A stretch of 64,000 bases of DNA from Octopus sinensis (taxonomy: Eukaryota). Of the stretch, positions 27,823-40,952 are shown one piece after another; the first letter of the stretch is position 1, and every line of letters starts with the position of its first letter. Made by a program: the position numbers and the translations under genes. The stretch spans positions 144,336,001-144,400,000 of the forward strand of contig NC_042997.1 in the NCBI RefSeq assembly GCF_006345805.1, read 5' to 3'. The notes beneath the pieces were generated by a model that searched no databases, was not told where the DNA came from, and saw nothing but the letters and a program-made list of their open reading frames with translations.

Positions 27823-30800
27823 TTTCTACCTTAAATAGTATGGTAATATTGAAGCTATTGAGTATATATCTATGCAAAGTGTATCTATCAAGTTACAGAG
27901 AGAAACCTACATCTTTGTTTCATATCCATACAGTTTGTTTCTAATATTCCATAGTTGTCTATCAGCAATTACTATGCTGGCATTTACTATGACCTTTTTT
28001 GTTTGTAATTCTAATCACTATAGAAAAATAAATGAAAATCTCAATTTCACTATCTTTCAGGTGACAATGTGTTAGTAATTTCGGTATAAAAAGAATATTG
28101 TAACTTATTTTTATACAAGCTAAATTCATGGTTTTATAGTTCTTTAATTGGAACTGAAATTAATTTTGATGCAGCAGTGATAAACTTTTCTATTTGCAAA
28201 AGAGTTTGATTTTTCCTTTCATTAGATATCAATTATAAATTTAATATTGTGCAAGTGTGTTGAGTGAAAAGCTGAGCATATAGTTTGATGCTTAATATCT
28301 AACAGACAATCCAAACATCAGCATGTAACATTAGATGATTAGTATGTAATATTAGTTGAACAGTTTTAAAAATACTCTTCGGAGGATACTGTTTCTTTTA
28401 AGCAGAATACATAAAATATCTAGTAAGTTTGATGTGATTTTGAAACTAGAATTGTATTCAATTTTGTATCCATAGTTATTACAAAATCATGAGCAGTTCT
28501 GCCTGAACATACATATGTGGTTAATTTACACGTTTTGCCATGTTAGCATGAGCTAGATAAATACTTTTTGTTGAGGTATTATTTTACATCCAGGTGCTCT
28601 TTCTGTTGCTAACCTTTAATATTTTCTTTTTTCCACTTCAAAAGTACAGAGCTACTAGATTTGTTAACAGGTGATGTTAACTTAACATCATTGCTTTTGC
28701 TCAAAGAATTTCATGCAGAGATGCAGAATATAAGCATACACATGCTTGCACATGGCTTCCTTATAGTTACCAATTCCACTCATATGACATAAGTCAACCT
28801 TAGTCTAGAGTGGAGAATATTTGCCCAAAGTACTCTATAGTGAGATAGAATTTGAAACCATAGCTGCAAGCTTGATATCTACCGCTAGGTCATGGCAGCA
28901 TGCATGCACATGCACTCATACTCAAAAAATCTATATTATATCTCTCACATTTTCCATAAGGATTAGTCCACAGGCACTGTTCCCTTAGATTCATTCACAT
29001 TCACCATTGGTCCTTTTCTATGGTCAGGTCAGCAGCCGCGTCAAATTTAGCATTTGACAAGTTCATCAGCATCAACATGAGAATTGATATTTTTCACAAA
29101 ATTATTCTTGTTTAAAATTTTGTAACTCTAATTTTGCAATTCAAAAGACTGGCTTGTAATATAATTCTTTTTATAGTGTGTCTAAATCAAAATTCATTTT
29201 TAATATAGAATGCCATCTGTTGAAGTCTGTGTTTGAAATTTATTTCTCAGAAATTAAACATGAATGCAAATCCTCTTCTATTATTGTCCATTTCCGACTA
29301 CTATGTAACAAAACTGAATGAATATTTTGAAAAGAGACATTTTAATTTTGTTTTTGACAGAATAATTTCAAATGTTTGTCTGGTGCTATCAGAGCCATTG
29401 GCATCTTTGTCTAAAAGCATCTCTGTCTGCTGTGTCACTCACATCCAAGAAATGATCTACATTTGGTAGAAAAATATGGAGTTAGTAGCAAAAAATTTGT
29501 TGAGCAAGTTTTAAGTAGATTGGCTGGAAATATTCTGGTTGGTTTGTGTGTGTGGAATTCATTATCTGTAGACTATTCAATATAGTTTCTGAAATCTTGT
29601 TTTATAGAATTTCACTCTTTTGTTACTGAGTGTTTGGTGAGTAGGTTTTTGATACTGGGTGTAGCTCTGAGTTCTAATGGTTTTGACATTTCTTCTGGCT
29701 TTACGTTCCAAATTCAAATGTCATTGTGATTGACTTTGCTATTCATCATTTCGAGGTGGATAAAATAAGTACCAGTTGGGCACTGGGGTCAATATAACCA
29801 ATGGACTCCTCCACTTAAATTTCAGGCTTTGTACTTTTATTAGAAAGAAGTACTATTCCTTTCAAAAAAGTTATGTCACACTCTCCTCTTCCCATCCCTC
29901 TCAACATGACTGCTTAGAAAAACTTATCTTGAAGATTCAGTTATATATAGAAGACAGATTTAGGACTGAGAGCAATTACAGCAAGTTATTTCCAGCAAAA
30001 TACTTTAATTTCTACTGACATATGGAGAGCAATGATAATTTCGCAAAGGATGGATCAGGGGTAAACATTTGCTTCTGAAAATTATCTATTTTGGAAAACT
30101 TTATGTATCCTCCAAAGATGAAAAGTTTAATACTTACTCCATTTTGGCACCCACTTATCAGAATGTCTAGACATGGTTTAGAAAGAAATATTTGGATTTT
30201 TTTTTTTTTTTGTGCGTGTTTGTACTTGATGATTAAAAAATGAAATGTAAACAAAGATAGAAAAATTCTTGATAATTGGTTCTTTTAGCAAAACCTGGAA
30301 ACAAAGCTAAGCCAAAAAGTAATTGCTAGTAGCTAGGAAATTTAGTCTTTGTGTATCTGAACCAAATAAAATTCTTTACATGATGTATTTTATCAAAAGA
30401 TTTTCAATAATACTGGTTCCAGCAAGCTCAGGGTAAGAGATAAGTCAATTACATTGACTCAGTGTTCACCTGGTACTTTTTCTATCAAGCTCAACAGGAT
30501 GAAAGGTAAAGTGGACATTGGTAACTCAGAATGTAAAGCTGGACAAAATGCCACCAGTGTGATAATAATTCTACCAGTTCACCACCTTCAAGTTTTTCAA
30601 TGATATTGGAACCAAAAAATGGGTTAAAATGAAATAAAAAATATTTTATTTATCTATTTTTTAATATTTTATTTTATTTTCTGAGGTTTTACAAATTGAC
30701 TGTATAAGTAGATTAAACAGCATCTCTGATAAAGTCTGTGAAGTAAATTCATTGTATAAAATGTCTCGAAGCACAAAGAAAAAAAAAAAAGAAAAAAAGC

Positions 30801-31129
30801 TAGTGTTGTGAAAGGAGCATCTGTTTTAATATTATTTTATTTGCTTGCCAATCTCCCCATTAACAAAGTAGATAATTAAAACAATTACCTTTGTTTTCTA
30901 GATCAAGTAGTCTGTTTCTTTAGTCTTTGTCTTACGAAAATTTTGACTTTACATTTTCTTTCTTTTTTTTTTTTTTTTTTTAATAGATCTTGTAGTTCCC
31001 TTTGCTGTTCTATGATTGAACTTCACAACTTCAATGTTTTTAAGTAGACAAGGAAGTAACCTAGTTCTGATAATGGGGCAAATCAAAAACTATATTTAGG
31101 ATACGGGGCTAAAGATGCTTTAAACTTAT

Positions 31130-31168
<39 letters not shown>

Positions 31169-31565
31169 CTTAGTGCTTAGTGACATTTGTTTTCGTAATT
31201 TGTCAGAATAATTTAAGATTCCACAAATGCAACAGTATTGACAATAACAGAAGTTAGCTCCATTCAAGTAGATAATTTTTTTCTTTTTACCGATTGCAAC
31301 AATTGCACTTTGGATATGATGCAATTTGCTTTTAGGATAGACATGCATTACATTTCTGTTTATTCTTTCCTATACATTACTAGGCTTTGTTTGCACAACA
31401 AATTGTTAGAAATAAATGTTTCTTTCCAGCTAAGTATAGAACAGTAAAATAACCATTATATAAGACAAAATGTTGGTCCTGATGACAACTGTTTATAAAA
31501 AAGAGTTTTGGCAAAATAACAATAGTATATGCATGTTCAATTCTTTATGGCACCTGGAAATTTTG

Positions 31566-31750
31566 CCACACACGTATGGAGGTACATAGCTTAGTGGTTA
31601 GGATGTTGGACTCTTGATCATAAGATTGTGGTTTTGATTTCTGGATCTTGAGCAAAACACTTCATTTCATGTTGCTCCAGTCCAGGTGAGGAATATATAT
31701 GCCATGAAACTGGGAAACCGGCCCTTATGAGTTGGTATGACTTGAGGTTA
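31566..31750 (+). mobile_element. SINE family 2, diverged
   Basis: ggaggtacatagcttagtggttagg..cttgagcaaaacacttcatttcatgttgctccagtcca, homologous to the 49772 units. Confidence 0.7.
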
Positions 31751-33699
31751 CTTTTTTTTACCTGCGTACCACTCACTCTTTCTTTTATTTGCTGTATTTG
31801 GTGTAGGTATTTGTCCAACAAAACTTCTGCCAAGTGTAATTATTTTAAGGTTATGTTTCTCAGTTATTCCAAACAATAAAAATCAGTTACTATTAACACT
31901 CAATTCTTACAAAAAAGAATTACGATATTTTTGATTTTATTTCTAGGCTTGTTTGGAGGAAAATCTAACTTTTAGAAATGACAGGTACTTCAAAATGTTG
32001 GGAATCATTTTGATGCTTTGAAGTACATGGTTTTCTATAATTTTTTGAGCTTTGAAACCATTTTATATTAAAACATTTTTTCAGTAATAACATTAATCTT
32101 GTGATGCATGTTGTCCAGCATGAGAGTAATCTCTTAGCAAGACAAAACTAGGATGGGTTATCAATTCCTTCAAGTAATTTCTCTAATATTACAATACTTT
32201 TGGGAAAATTGAGAACTCGGTTTCTAATTTCTGTGTGTTAGAGATCAAAAATCATTAGCATTTCTTTTTCTTCCCTGTACTGGTGTAGGTTAGGTGAGCC
32301 TTAGTGAAGAAATATTCTATAGTTGCATATTCTTTGTTACCAATCCTTACCTGATTTTCAAATAAGGTCTTGCATACGTCAAAACCTCTGAGCTATAGGA
32401 CATTGCTTAAAAATGCTGACATGGCATCACTTGCCTAAATGATGTCATGTGAACATACATGGATATAAACACTTGCACATTCAAACATATGCATGTATAA
32501 GCTTCCGTGGAGTTTCTTCCTATAAAATTCACTTAAGCTTGAGGCTGTAATAGAAAACGCGTTTCCTAAGATGCAATGCTTTGGGATGCTACCTGAAAAT
32601 GCATACTTACATATTGAGCTTCATCACCACATAATGTCTCCACCTATTTCTACAAAAACAAACAAAAATAAAAAAAGAAATTGGGTGGAAAGGATAATTA
32701 GAATCCTCTTTTAAGATTTTAATTTTTTTATTTTTCTAATTTGGCTTATGAAAAATCATATGTCAAAAATTTTTAAATCTGTAAATAGTAACCAATCTTT
32801 ATTGAAAAAATTTATTCAGTTGCTAAAATTCTATCTACCCATCAGCAAAATAGTTTAGAATTTCTATACAGCAATTCTGATAAAATGTTAGATCTGAAAC
32901 AAAATCTTAAGCAGTGATTTATTTAAAAAAAAAAGACATATCACATTTTTAGTTTTATAACTTAAAAAACAAATTTTATAAAATGTTTGGATTTTTGCTT
33001 TTTTCTTTCTATGAAGTCAACTTAGTGTTTGAATATCAAGTTTTTCTGTTTTTTCTTAAATCACAAACTTTAATTAATTCTAGTGAAACTAATTTTAACA
33101 GACATCATTGGCATAATTTCTCAGTCCTTATTCTGTTGAAATATCTCACTGAAACTAAACTTAATCTAATGAGAATGTTATATTAACATGATCAAAAGAA
33201 TGTAGTTCTTTGAATTTTAGTTAAGAAATAAGTCTCACTTGCATTAAGGAAGTAGAATACATAATCTGAAAAAATTAAACATTTAAAATTTTTTCTTAAG
33301 ATTCTGGAATCATTTTTCTGTATAATTTAATGTTTGTAGTATTAAAGATGTTAATATTATAGAAATGTTATATAAAAGATGCTTTATTGCAATGATATTG
33401 ATTAGCTTAACATTTTCAAAGCTTTAGTATTATTAGAGAAAGGTGTGAAATGACAAATGGTTAAGTGTCACGTAATTCTATGCCATATTTATACCTTTTT
33501 TTGCATTCAAATACAACTGGTTTTTATTTTTGGGCTTACCGTCCCTAGAGGGATGACCGGCAAGTAATAGTGTGTGTATAATTGTGTGTGTTTATATATT
33601 TTCATACACAAAGTAATATACTGAATGTTGATTGATCAACCACGCTTTATGAATTTGTATACCTATGTATTTAGTTTGAGGAGTAGCAGGACTCGTGAC

Positions 33700-34400
33700 A
33701 ATTTTTAGGGTCCTGATAGACTCTGTAAGAAAACCTATAGGTAGGGAGTATAGTTGTGAAGAAGTATTGAACAGTGTTTAGAAATAGGCATTAAGAGCAA
33801 AAGATGTAGATGTAGCAAACAGTCTTGGAAGGAGTTAAATATTTAACTTAGTATTTCAGGAAAGCAGAAGCCATTGTTGTAGTTGTTGAACAGAATGTTG
33901 CAACCGTCTCTTTGTTCTAGTGATTGTAGCAGGTTAGCAAATAAGAATCATTTAGTGTAAGGTAAGCAGGATTGTTCATAAAACCTGAAGCTTAACAAGA
34001 CAGGTGTCTGTTGGAAATGTTGCTAGGAGATGAATAACAATTGGACCAAAATGAAACCTTGGCAGAAGTCCATCATGGGAAATACATATTGTATATGATT
34101 AATGGCAGTGAGCCTAAATTAGTATTATCTGTCATAAGAGAAATAGCTTTCAGCTTGAAAGTTGTCTAGGGAAAAAAATCTTGGTGATTTAATGATGGAG
34201 ATTCTGTTAGTTTCACACATTTTTCTTTGTAAGGTTATTAATATATCTTGTAAATATTAATGTGGTAGAACATTTTTGGTCAGGTTGGTTGGATTCAGAA
34301 TTACGTGTAGTTCCATTATTTCCTAAGATATGACGGCTTAGGTTATGGTAATGAGTTTACTGCTGTTGTGACACTTTCATTTCTCCAATATAGATAAAAT
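33700..34400 (-). mobile_element. Highly decayed non-LTR reverse-transcriptase remnant (adjacent 34500-36100 may be more of the same LINE)
   Basis: The minus strand near 34028-34065 reads CQGFILVQLLFI (cf. RT motif PQGSILGPLLF), followed by LQQWLL...PSKT-like remnants. Many stops and frameshifts. Confidence 0.45.
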
Positions 34401-34768
34401 AAATTCCAATAGTAGCATGCATATTAATGGTAATCCCTTGGGGTGGGGGCAAAATCTTTTTTTCTCTGAAGAAATAAAGTATTCCATACAATTTAGCTTT
34501 ATTTTTTTTCTGTCTTAATCTGAGTATCTTTCATTGTTTGCAAGACTGGTTGCTGGGCTGAGTAATGTGAGCATAAGGTTTAGATTGGTTTGGTGCAGAT
34601 GAGTGACTGAAAAAGAATAACAGGAAGATTTCTAAAGGAGTGATTGGGAAAGATATTAAATTAGGGAGTCTGATAGATTAGGCACAAAAGTAGTGGGAAA
34701 AGAGATTAGGCACTAAATTTCTAAATAGAGGTAGAATGAGTAAATAGGTTTTAGAGAGCAGGGGCAGT

Positions 34769-34771
<3 letters not shown>

Positions 34772-34855
<84 letters not shown>
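34772..34855. repeat. (TA)n microsatellite (~40 units); other (TA)/(CA) tracts at ~22287-22366, 24958-25003, 31127-31168, 42939-42988
   Basis: Direct reading of the sequence. Confidence 0.95.
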
Positions 34856-34860
<5 letters not shown>

Positions 34861-35091
34861 GCAACTGGTTGTTTACGACCAGTGTTACATATTTATTTTT
34901 ATGGTTTTGGGTGGGAAGAGACCTAGTTCTCAGACCTCAGCAGATCCTCCAAAACTGTTATTGGTGTGGTTGATGATCAATTTTATTAGTTATAAGTTGA
35001 TGCCTGGTGAGAGTGTGCTGGGAAGGGATACAAAATGGGTTGCTCTAGAAAGAGATGAGAAAGGCTTATGTGAAGGTGGTATGCTGTAGTT

Positions 35092-35464
35092 CAGTGGTTC
35101 CCAACCCTTTTATTTAAAGGAGTTTTCTCATGGACCCCTTTTACCCCTTTCATTATCAACCTGGCTGAAACCGGCTCTGGCTCTGAGTACAAATATCTTG
35201 TTTACATCAGTTTTGAATTAAAATCTTCCACCAAACCGTAGTCACAATTTATGCTCCTAACACTGGCTGAATGATAACTAAGTTATTTTACTAAATTCTT
35301 TGTTATATTTAAAGTAATCGAAAGAAACAGAGAGCATCTCAAAATAAATACAGTAACGAAAGGGTTAATATGCTTATCTTTGTGTGGGTGTGTGTGATGA
35401 AATTTTGAATTTAGTTCATGGATCCCCAGCACTACCTTTGTAGACCCCAGTTTGGGAACCACTA
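35092..35464. mobile_element. hAT-family MITE with 8-bp TSD
   Basis: TSD CTGTAGTT at 35084-35091 and 35465-35472. Ends CAGTGGTTCCCAAC ... GTTTGGGAACCACTA. Confidence 0.85.
35145..35364. mobile_element. piggyBac-type MITE nested inside the hAT MITE
   Basis: Right end GTAACGAAAGGG+TTAA (35353-35368). Degenerate left end TTAC+CCCTTTTCATTATC. Same TIR as the 55757 element. Confidence 0.75.
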
Positions 35465-36947
35465 CTGTAGTTAATTCTTAGAAGAAATTTGAGGTATGAC
35501 TTAAAGGCTAGTGTGTCGGCCAGTGACACTTTGTTAATCACTTTGTTTCCATTTGAATACAACCAAAGACATTTTCTTTTCTAGCAGCATCACCACCTTT
35601 GCAAATGTGAGGATTATTGCCTTGTGGGATTCAAGTGCTTTTCACACAGCATCAGCAGCCACTTAGAATGAAAGTATCTTCTTGCTTTAGTCTTTGGAAT
35701 GCAAATCTTTGCTCTGATGTGAGTGGAATTACAAGGAGAATCACTGGTGCTTGTGATGCCTTGTATCTTTGGTGATTTGTGAATCTTAATTTTTAACTGT
35801 CCATGGTTAGAAAAGCTGAATTTCCTTGATCTGGGATTCTTTGGATTATTATTGTAGGAAATGCTGTTATGTCTCCATTAGAGGAGTCTTTATTCCTGGT
35901 AGCAGTATAGGTTTGACAAGGGATATGAATAATGCCTGTGTTTGTAGAAGGTTAAGGTAGAGTGGTGGGTATTTGTTGGAGTGAGTATTACTATAACCAA
36001 TTTAAATTGGATCTTCAGTATACAACAGTGGAAACTGAGCAACATAAATTGAACCTTGGGAATACCTAAGTTAATGAAGTGTGAGTCAATGAGTCTAATC
36101 TAAATGCATTACAATGGTACAATGTTAGAAAGCTTCCAACACAAACTAGTTGGATAGAATCCATAGACAAGTAGTTCAGCCACTGTTATTGAAGTAGAAC
36201 TTTTTTTTTCTCCTTAAAGAATTTAGATTTACATAACCTATTTAACTTGTTTATTTACTTTTAAACCTTGTCCAATTATATTGAGCAGTTTATTTCTGGT
36301 ATTTTAGCTGTGTACATTTTTCTACTAGTAATTTTCTAACAAGAAATTCTTTCTCCTTTGTTTTGAACTTGAACTGTAACCAAAATATAAATTTACAAAC
36401 ATTTTTACATGGCAGGAGGAAACCTGTTTTCCTAATTTTAGCCCATACCGTTTTATTATAGTCTGTTATTTTAAGGAATTCTTTAGATAGCAAGCTAACC
36501 AGTTTTGTGAGTTTCACCTTCTTGTTAGCTCAGTAATTTGACTGAGTATCTTCTCATGAACATCAGATTTTGGCACATCAGATGAACTTTTCTCCTAAAA
36601 AAAATCTCAACATATCACCCCAGGCCCAATATGCAAAGTTACTTTATTACATGCTTTAACACAAACTTTTTCCTGAATATGCATTGCTGAAATTGGCTTC
36701 ATCTAGTACGAGTGTGCATCTTTTATGCCATCAAATATGGTAGTTACTAATTATTAGTCTTACATCTTAAAATTTTTCTAGGGTTATGCATTTGTTTCTG
36801 TTGAACTTTTATATAGACTGAATATCATGTAGATGAGTTGGAAGTATATAAAATTCATTTTTATTCCATTGAGCTTGGACAAATCATTAGTATCTTAGCT
36901 GAAGCACATCTACAGGATAATAAACATTTAAGCTTGCCAATGAATAT

Positions 36948-36952
<5 letters not shown>

Positions 36953-36978
<26 letters not shown>

Positions 36979-37064
36979 ATATCACTCGCTCGGTCGCTCA
37001 CCCTCTCACTCACTCACTCACCCTCTCACTCACCCTCTCACTCACTCACTCACTCACTCACTCA
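36953..37064. repeat. (TG)n followed by (CACT)n microsatellite
   Basis: gtgtgtgt... then ctcactcactca repeats. Confidence 0.9.
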
Positions 37065-37854
37065 CAAAGGTGACCAAGTATAAGCTAAACAAACAAGTTG
37101 ATTAAAGAGAAAAACAAACTATAGGGGAAAATGGGTTATGAGATGTTTTTATCTTAAGTAAAATATGGTAATTCTATGAAGATAAATATAGTATTTGTGC
37201 CTTCAATAAATACTAATAGGATTTCAATAAAACATCAAAGACCATTAGGGAAGTAAAGCATGTTTGATGTGCTGTTACATTGATGAAAAGGAATACTGAA
37301 GCTTAGTTTTCAGATTCTGTTTAGAAAAGATCTTAGTGTGTGCTTGTGTATAGATACTACTTTCCATTATGGATTGTAATTTTGGGGATTTTGTTTTTGT
37401 ATAATTAATATAATTGGTCATTTAATAGCCTTGTAGTCTTTGTAAATATTATTCTCAACCATACCATGTCCCAAAATATATTTAAAATAAGAGTTGTTTA
37501 GCATTAACAGTTGAGAATTCATTATACATGTATATTAGGATTTGTTAACTTTGAATTCCTTAACAGCCTGTGATACTTTGCAAAATAAACTGCTTTGTCT
37601 TTATTGATGATCTCTTAGCATTTTATGTAAGTGGATGCTGTTGCTAATGAAAAAAAGTACCTTTGAAAGACTATTGATCTGCTTGTCAATTTAAAAATAA
37701 TTTTGTGTTTTGATTAGTTTCATAATTATTTTATACTTGCTTGATCCAGTGTTACTTCTAAAATATTGATTCTATTGGATTTATAGAGGGACTAAATAGT
37801 TGTATAGTGTGAAGGTGATTTGACCAAATGGCTGTAGGGCATGAAATATTATCA

Positions 37855-38010
37855 CTTATGTTTTCTATGCTGGCATGGGTTGGGTGGCTTGACAGGAGCT
37901 GGTGAGGCCAAGGGCTGTACTAGGTTCCATAGTCTATTTTGGCTTGGTTTCTAAAGCTGGATACCCTTCCTAATGCCAACCACTTTACAGTGTGTACTGG
38001 GTGCTTTTTA
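37855..38010 (-). repeat. Short RTE 3'-tail copy (others at ~2540-2680, 12440-12590, 23222-23290, 26935-27090, 43125-43280, 57190-57325, 60250-60352 on -; ~24140-24330, 55610-55756 on +)
   Basis: Recurrent catgctggcatgggttgg...gctggatgcccttcctaa-gccaaccac, the reverse complement of the tail of the 47150-48045 RTE fragment. Confidence 0.75.
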
Positions 38011-38767
38011 CATGACCCCAGTACAAACATGCAATCACTAAATCTGCTCTCCTCCTTTTCATTACAAAACACCAAATTAACTGTAGCTTTTCCCGTTTTA
38101 TTTACTACAAAGAAAAGCAATATTAATGATCTGTTTTCTGCAGACTGAAAGTTATCAGGGGTCAAAATTTATTGCAGGCTTCAGCACAGTATGGGAGCAG
38201 TGTTTTTCACTGATATGTCAATGAATAGATGGATACATAAAAAAATGATTAGAAAAAATGTCCTGCACTGAAGAGAAGCTGGATACCTGACCACATCATG
38301 TGGTGAAATATACAACAAGTCCTTCACACGATTGCCATGAACAGACATGTGACTATTTATGTGGCAAATGAGTAAATTAGTTATGGTTCGTAGAAATATC
38401 AGGGCAAAGCTGAACAAATCTAACTTCTGTTCAAAAGGTGTATGGCTTGTGGCATATGAAAGAAATTAGTTATGGCTCTTTATATGAAATAGTCCTTAAC
38501 AGATAGAACTATGGTTAACATAGCAACAACTTGACATTTCAAGTTCTAACTCAAGCACCTAGTGGGAGACCACATTACTGATGCATGGACAACTAATTCT
38601 CTCATCAAGAAAATAATAATTATAAGTACTTCAATGTTATTTTTCTGACTCACCTTGTTTCCAATCTGTACATAAACTCTACTATTTGGGAATTTTACTT
38701 ATTGTCTAATTTAATTTTTCTCCAGTTGTGTGTGTCTCTGTGTGTATATATACTGTCACATACACAC

Positions 38768-39050
38768 GACTGTGTGGTTGAGAAGCCTGGCATCTTGGGC
38801 AAGTGTCTTCTTCTCTAGCTCCAGGCTAACAAAAAATCTTATAGATTTGGTAGAAAAACTGAAAGAAGCCCAGTATATATGTTTGTACATGTGAGTTGGT
38901 GCCCTTTTGTCTTGGCATTGCAAGTGGTATTCATTATTACAAATTTTCTATAAAACATATGTTCTGCAACAGGAAGGGTGGGTATCTGGCCGTAGAAAAT
39001 CTCATTCTGTCCAACTTATGCTAGCATGGAAAAATGATCATTTAAAATGA
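38768..39050 (+). mobile_element. SINE with family-1 head and RTE-like tail, diverged
   Basis: Head ctgtgtggttgagaag..cttgggcaagtgtcttct..ctgaaagaagccc. Tail ggaagggtgggtatctggccgtagaaaatc..catgg aaaaatg..ttaaaatga. Confidence 0.65.
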
Positions 39051-39104
39051 CTTTATGTATGTATATGTATTATATGTTTTGTTTTTTTTTCTTTTCTTCT
39101 ATAG

Positions 39105-39219
39105 TACATGAGATGGTCTGGAGTACGAAAGAATGTCCAGCACACAACTCTGGAGAAGGTCTTGGCTTTGGAGAATTCTGTGTATTTGTCAATGAGTTAG
39201 AGGAATATTATAAAAAAGG
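39105..39219 (+). CDS. Internal coding exon B of the same gene
   Basis: Acceptor ttttttttttcttttcttctatAG ends 39104; donor GG|GTAAGT at 39220. The 115 nt read 2+37 codons+2: (V)HEMVWSTKECPAHNSGEGLGFGEFCVFVNELEEYYKK(G). Phase matches exons A and C; FGEFC..F..EL resembles the exit helix of an EF-hand. Confidence 0.88.
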
Positions 39220-39439
39220 GTAAGTATTATTTTCTTATATCAGATATAGCTACAGGGCAATGTACCAGTTACTGATGTAAATTTTGCCCATGAGTACTTC
39301 ATTAATGCTTTGCTTCTCCACTGTATCATGTGATACGTAGGACATATTTCCCTGCTATGATATACATTCTCAGTTTTTTTCTTTCCTTTATTCAGTTGCA
39401 AGAATATGAAAGGAAAGTTTATATTACTCAGAACACACA

Positions 39440-39652
39440 CTTTTACTTGTTTCAGTCATTTGACTGTGGCCATGCTGGAGCACCGCCTTTAGTCGAGTAA
39501 ATCGACCCCTGGACTTATTCTTTGTAAGCTTAGTGCTTATTTTATTGGTCTCTTTTGCCGAACCGCTAAGTTACAGGGACGTAAACACACCAGCATCGGT
39601 TGTCAAGTGGTGTTGGGGGGATAAACACAAACATATACACACACACATACAG

Positions 39653-39683
<31 letters not shown>

Positions 39684-39684
39684 T

Positions 39685-39726
<42 letters not shown>

Positions 39727-39885
39727 CGGGCTTCTTTCAGTTTCCGTCTACCAAATCTACTCACAAGGCTTTGGTTGGCCCGAGGCTATAGTAGAAGACA
39801 CTTGCCCAAGGTGCCATGCAGTGGGACTGAACCCAGAACCATGTGGTTCATAAGCAAGCTACTTACCACAGCCACTCCTACGCCT
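39440..39885 (-). mobile_element. SINE family 1, full length, young
   Basis: Close reverse complement of the 7011 copy, with CpGs retained (gcaccgcc, gaaccgctaagttacagggacg). Confidence 0.9.
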
Positions 39886-40606
39886 CACAAAGTAAGGAAT
39901 AACTAAAATTCTAAAAGTAAGCATGGACATGTAGGGCAAACTTATGAAAATATTTTGGACAAGTTAAGGGCTAATCTATCTGAACTCACAATTTCTTTTC
40001 GATTAGCTACAGAAGGTAGCTTACAAGGCATTAAATTTTTTCTTTAGTATTTTCTTTATGTGCTCATTTGATGTACACACGTGTGTTTGTGAGACAGAAA
40101 GATGTATAACCTTTACTCTTCATTTTAGAATTATCATGTACTCAGGAATTGAGTGAACCCTTTTAAACTAGTCATTTGAGGTTTTTTTGTTTTTTTTTTA
40201 ATTGGTGCCATTTATTTTAAAATGCTTAGATTCTGGTAATCAATGCTGTCATTACTAATCTAAATTAATGATGAATACAGAGCACGGTGATATGAAGGCC
40301 TTTTAAGTAGGTTGCAGGGCTTGCTGCCCTTGTTCTACTCATTTGTCTGTGCAATAACTTGATGTGGAAAACACAATTGATCCAGAAGTTGACCATCTCT
40401 AACTGCAATGTAAGGGTTTTTCTGAGTTTTAGGCCAATGAATTGCAGAAACAGAGTTTTCCAAGCCTTCCACTTTTATTTCATTTCTTCCTGAATTGCTT
40501 CACAATATTTTGTTGATGTCTCAGGTCTCCATGAGCCAGAAAAAAAGGCTTCACGGGCCAGATCTGGCCCGCAGGTCGTAGGTTGCCCATGCCTGCTGTA
40601 GAATAT

Positions 40607-40952
40607 CTTTCGGTCATTGGACTGCAGTCATGCTGGTAGACTTCCTTGTAGGGTTTTACTCACAGATTGGCTCCAATACTTTTCTTTTAAGTAGGGTACT
40701 TACACTTTTGGTTTTTATTGTCAAACCAAGTTTTAGCGATGTAAACAAACCAGCACTGTCAAACAGTGAGTAGAGGACAACACATACAACCACATATTAT
40801 ACAATGGGCTTCCACAGTTTTCATCTATGTAATTCACTCATAAGGTATTAGTCAGCTAAGATCTATAGTAGGCACTTGTCCTAAGTACCATGCAGTGGGA
40901 CTGAATCCTAAACTATGTGGTTAGAAAATAAGCTTAACCACACAGCCATGCC
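40607..40952 (-). mobile_element. SINE family 1, diverged
   Basis: tttcggtcattggactgcagtcatgctgg ... catgcagtgggactgaa ... ccacacagccatgcc. Confidence 0.7.

Noticed and set aside
39533-39853. ORFs of 60-140 aa overlapping SINEs (also 20030-21010, 15603-15923, 51023-51274)
   Set aside because: Chance open frames within SINE and microsatellite sequence.
40541-40596. hAT-like terminus (ggcccgcaggtcgtaggttgcccatgcctg)
   Set aside because: I could not locate a matching left end or TSD, so it was not called as an element.
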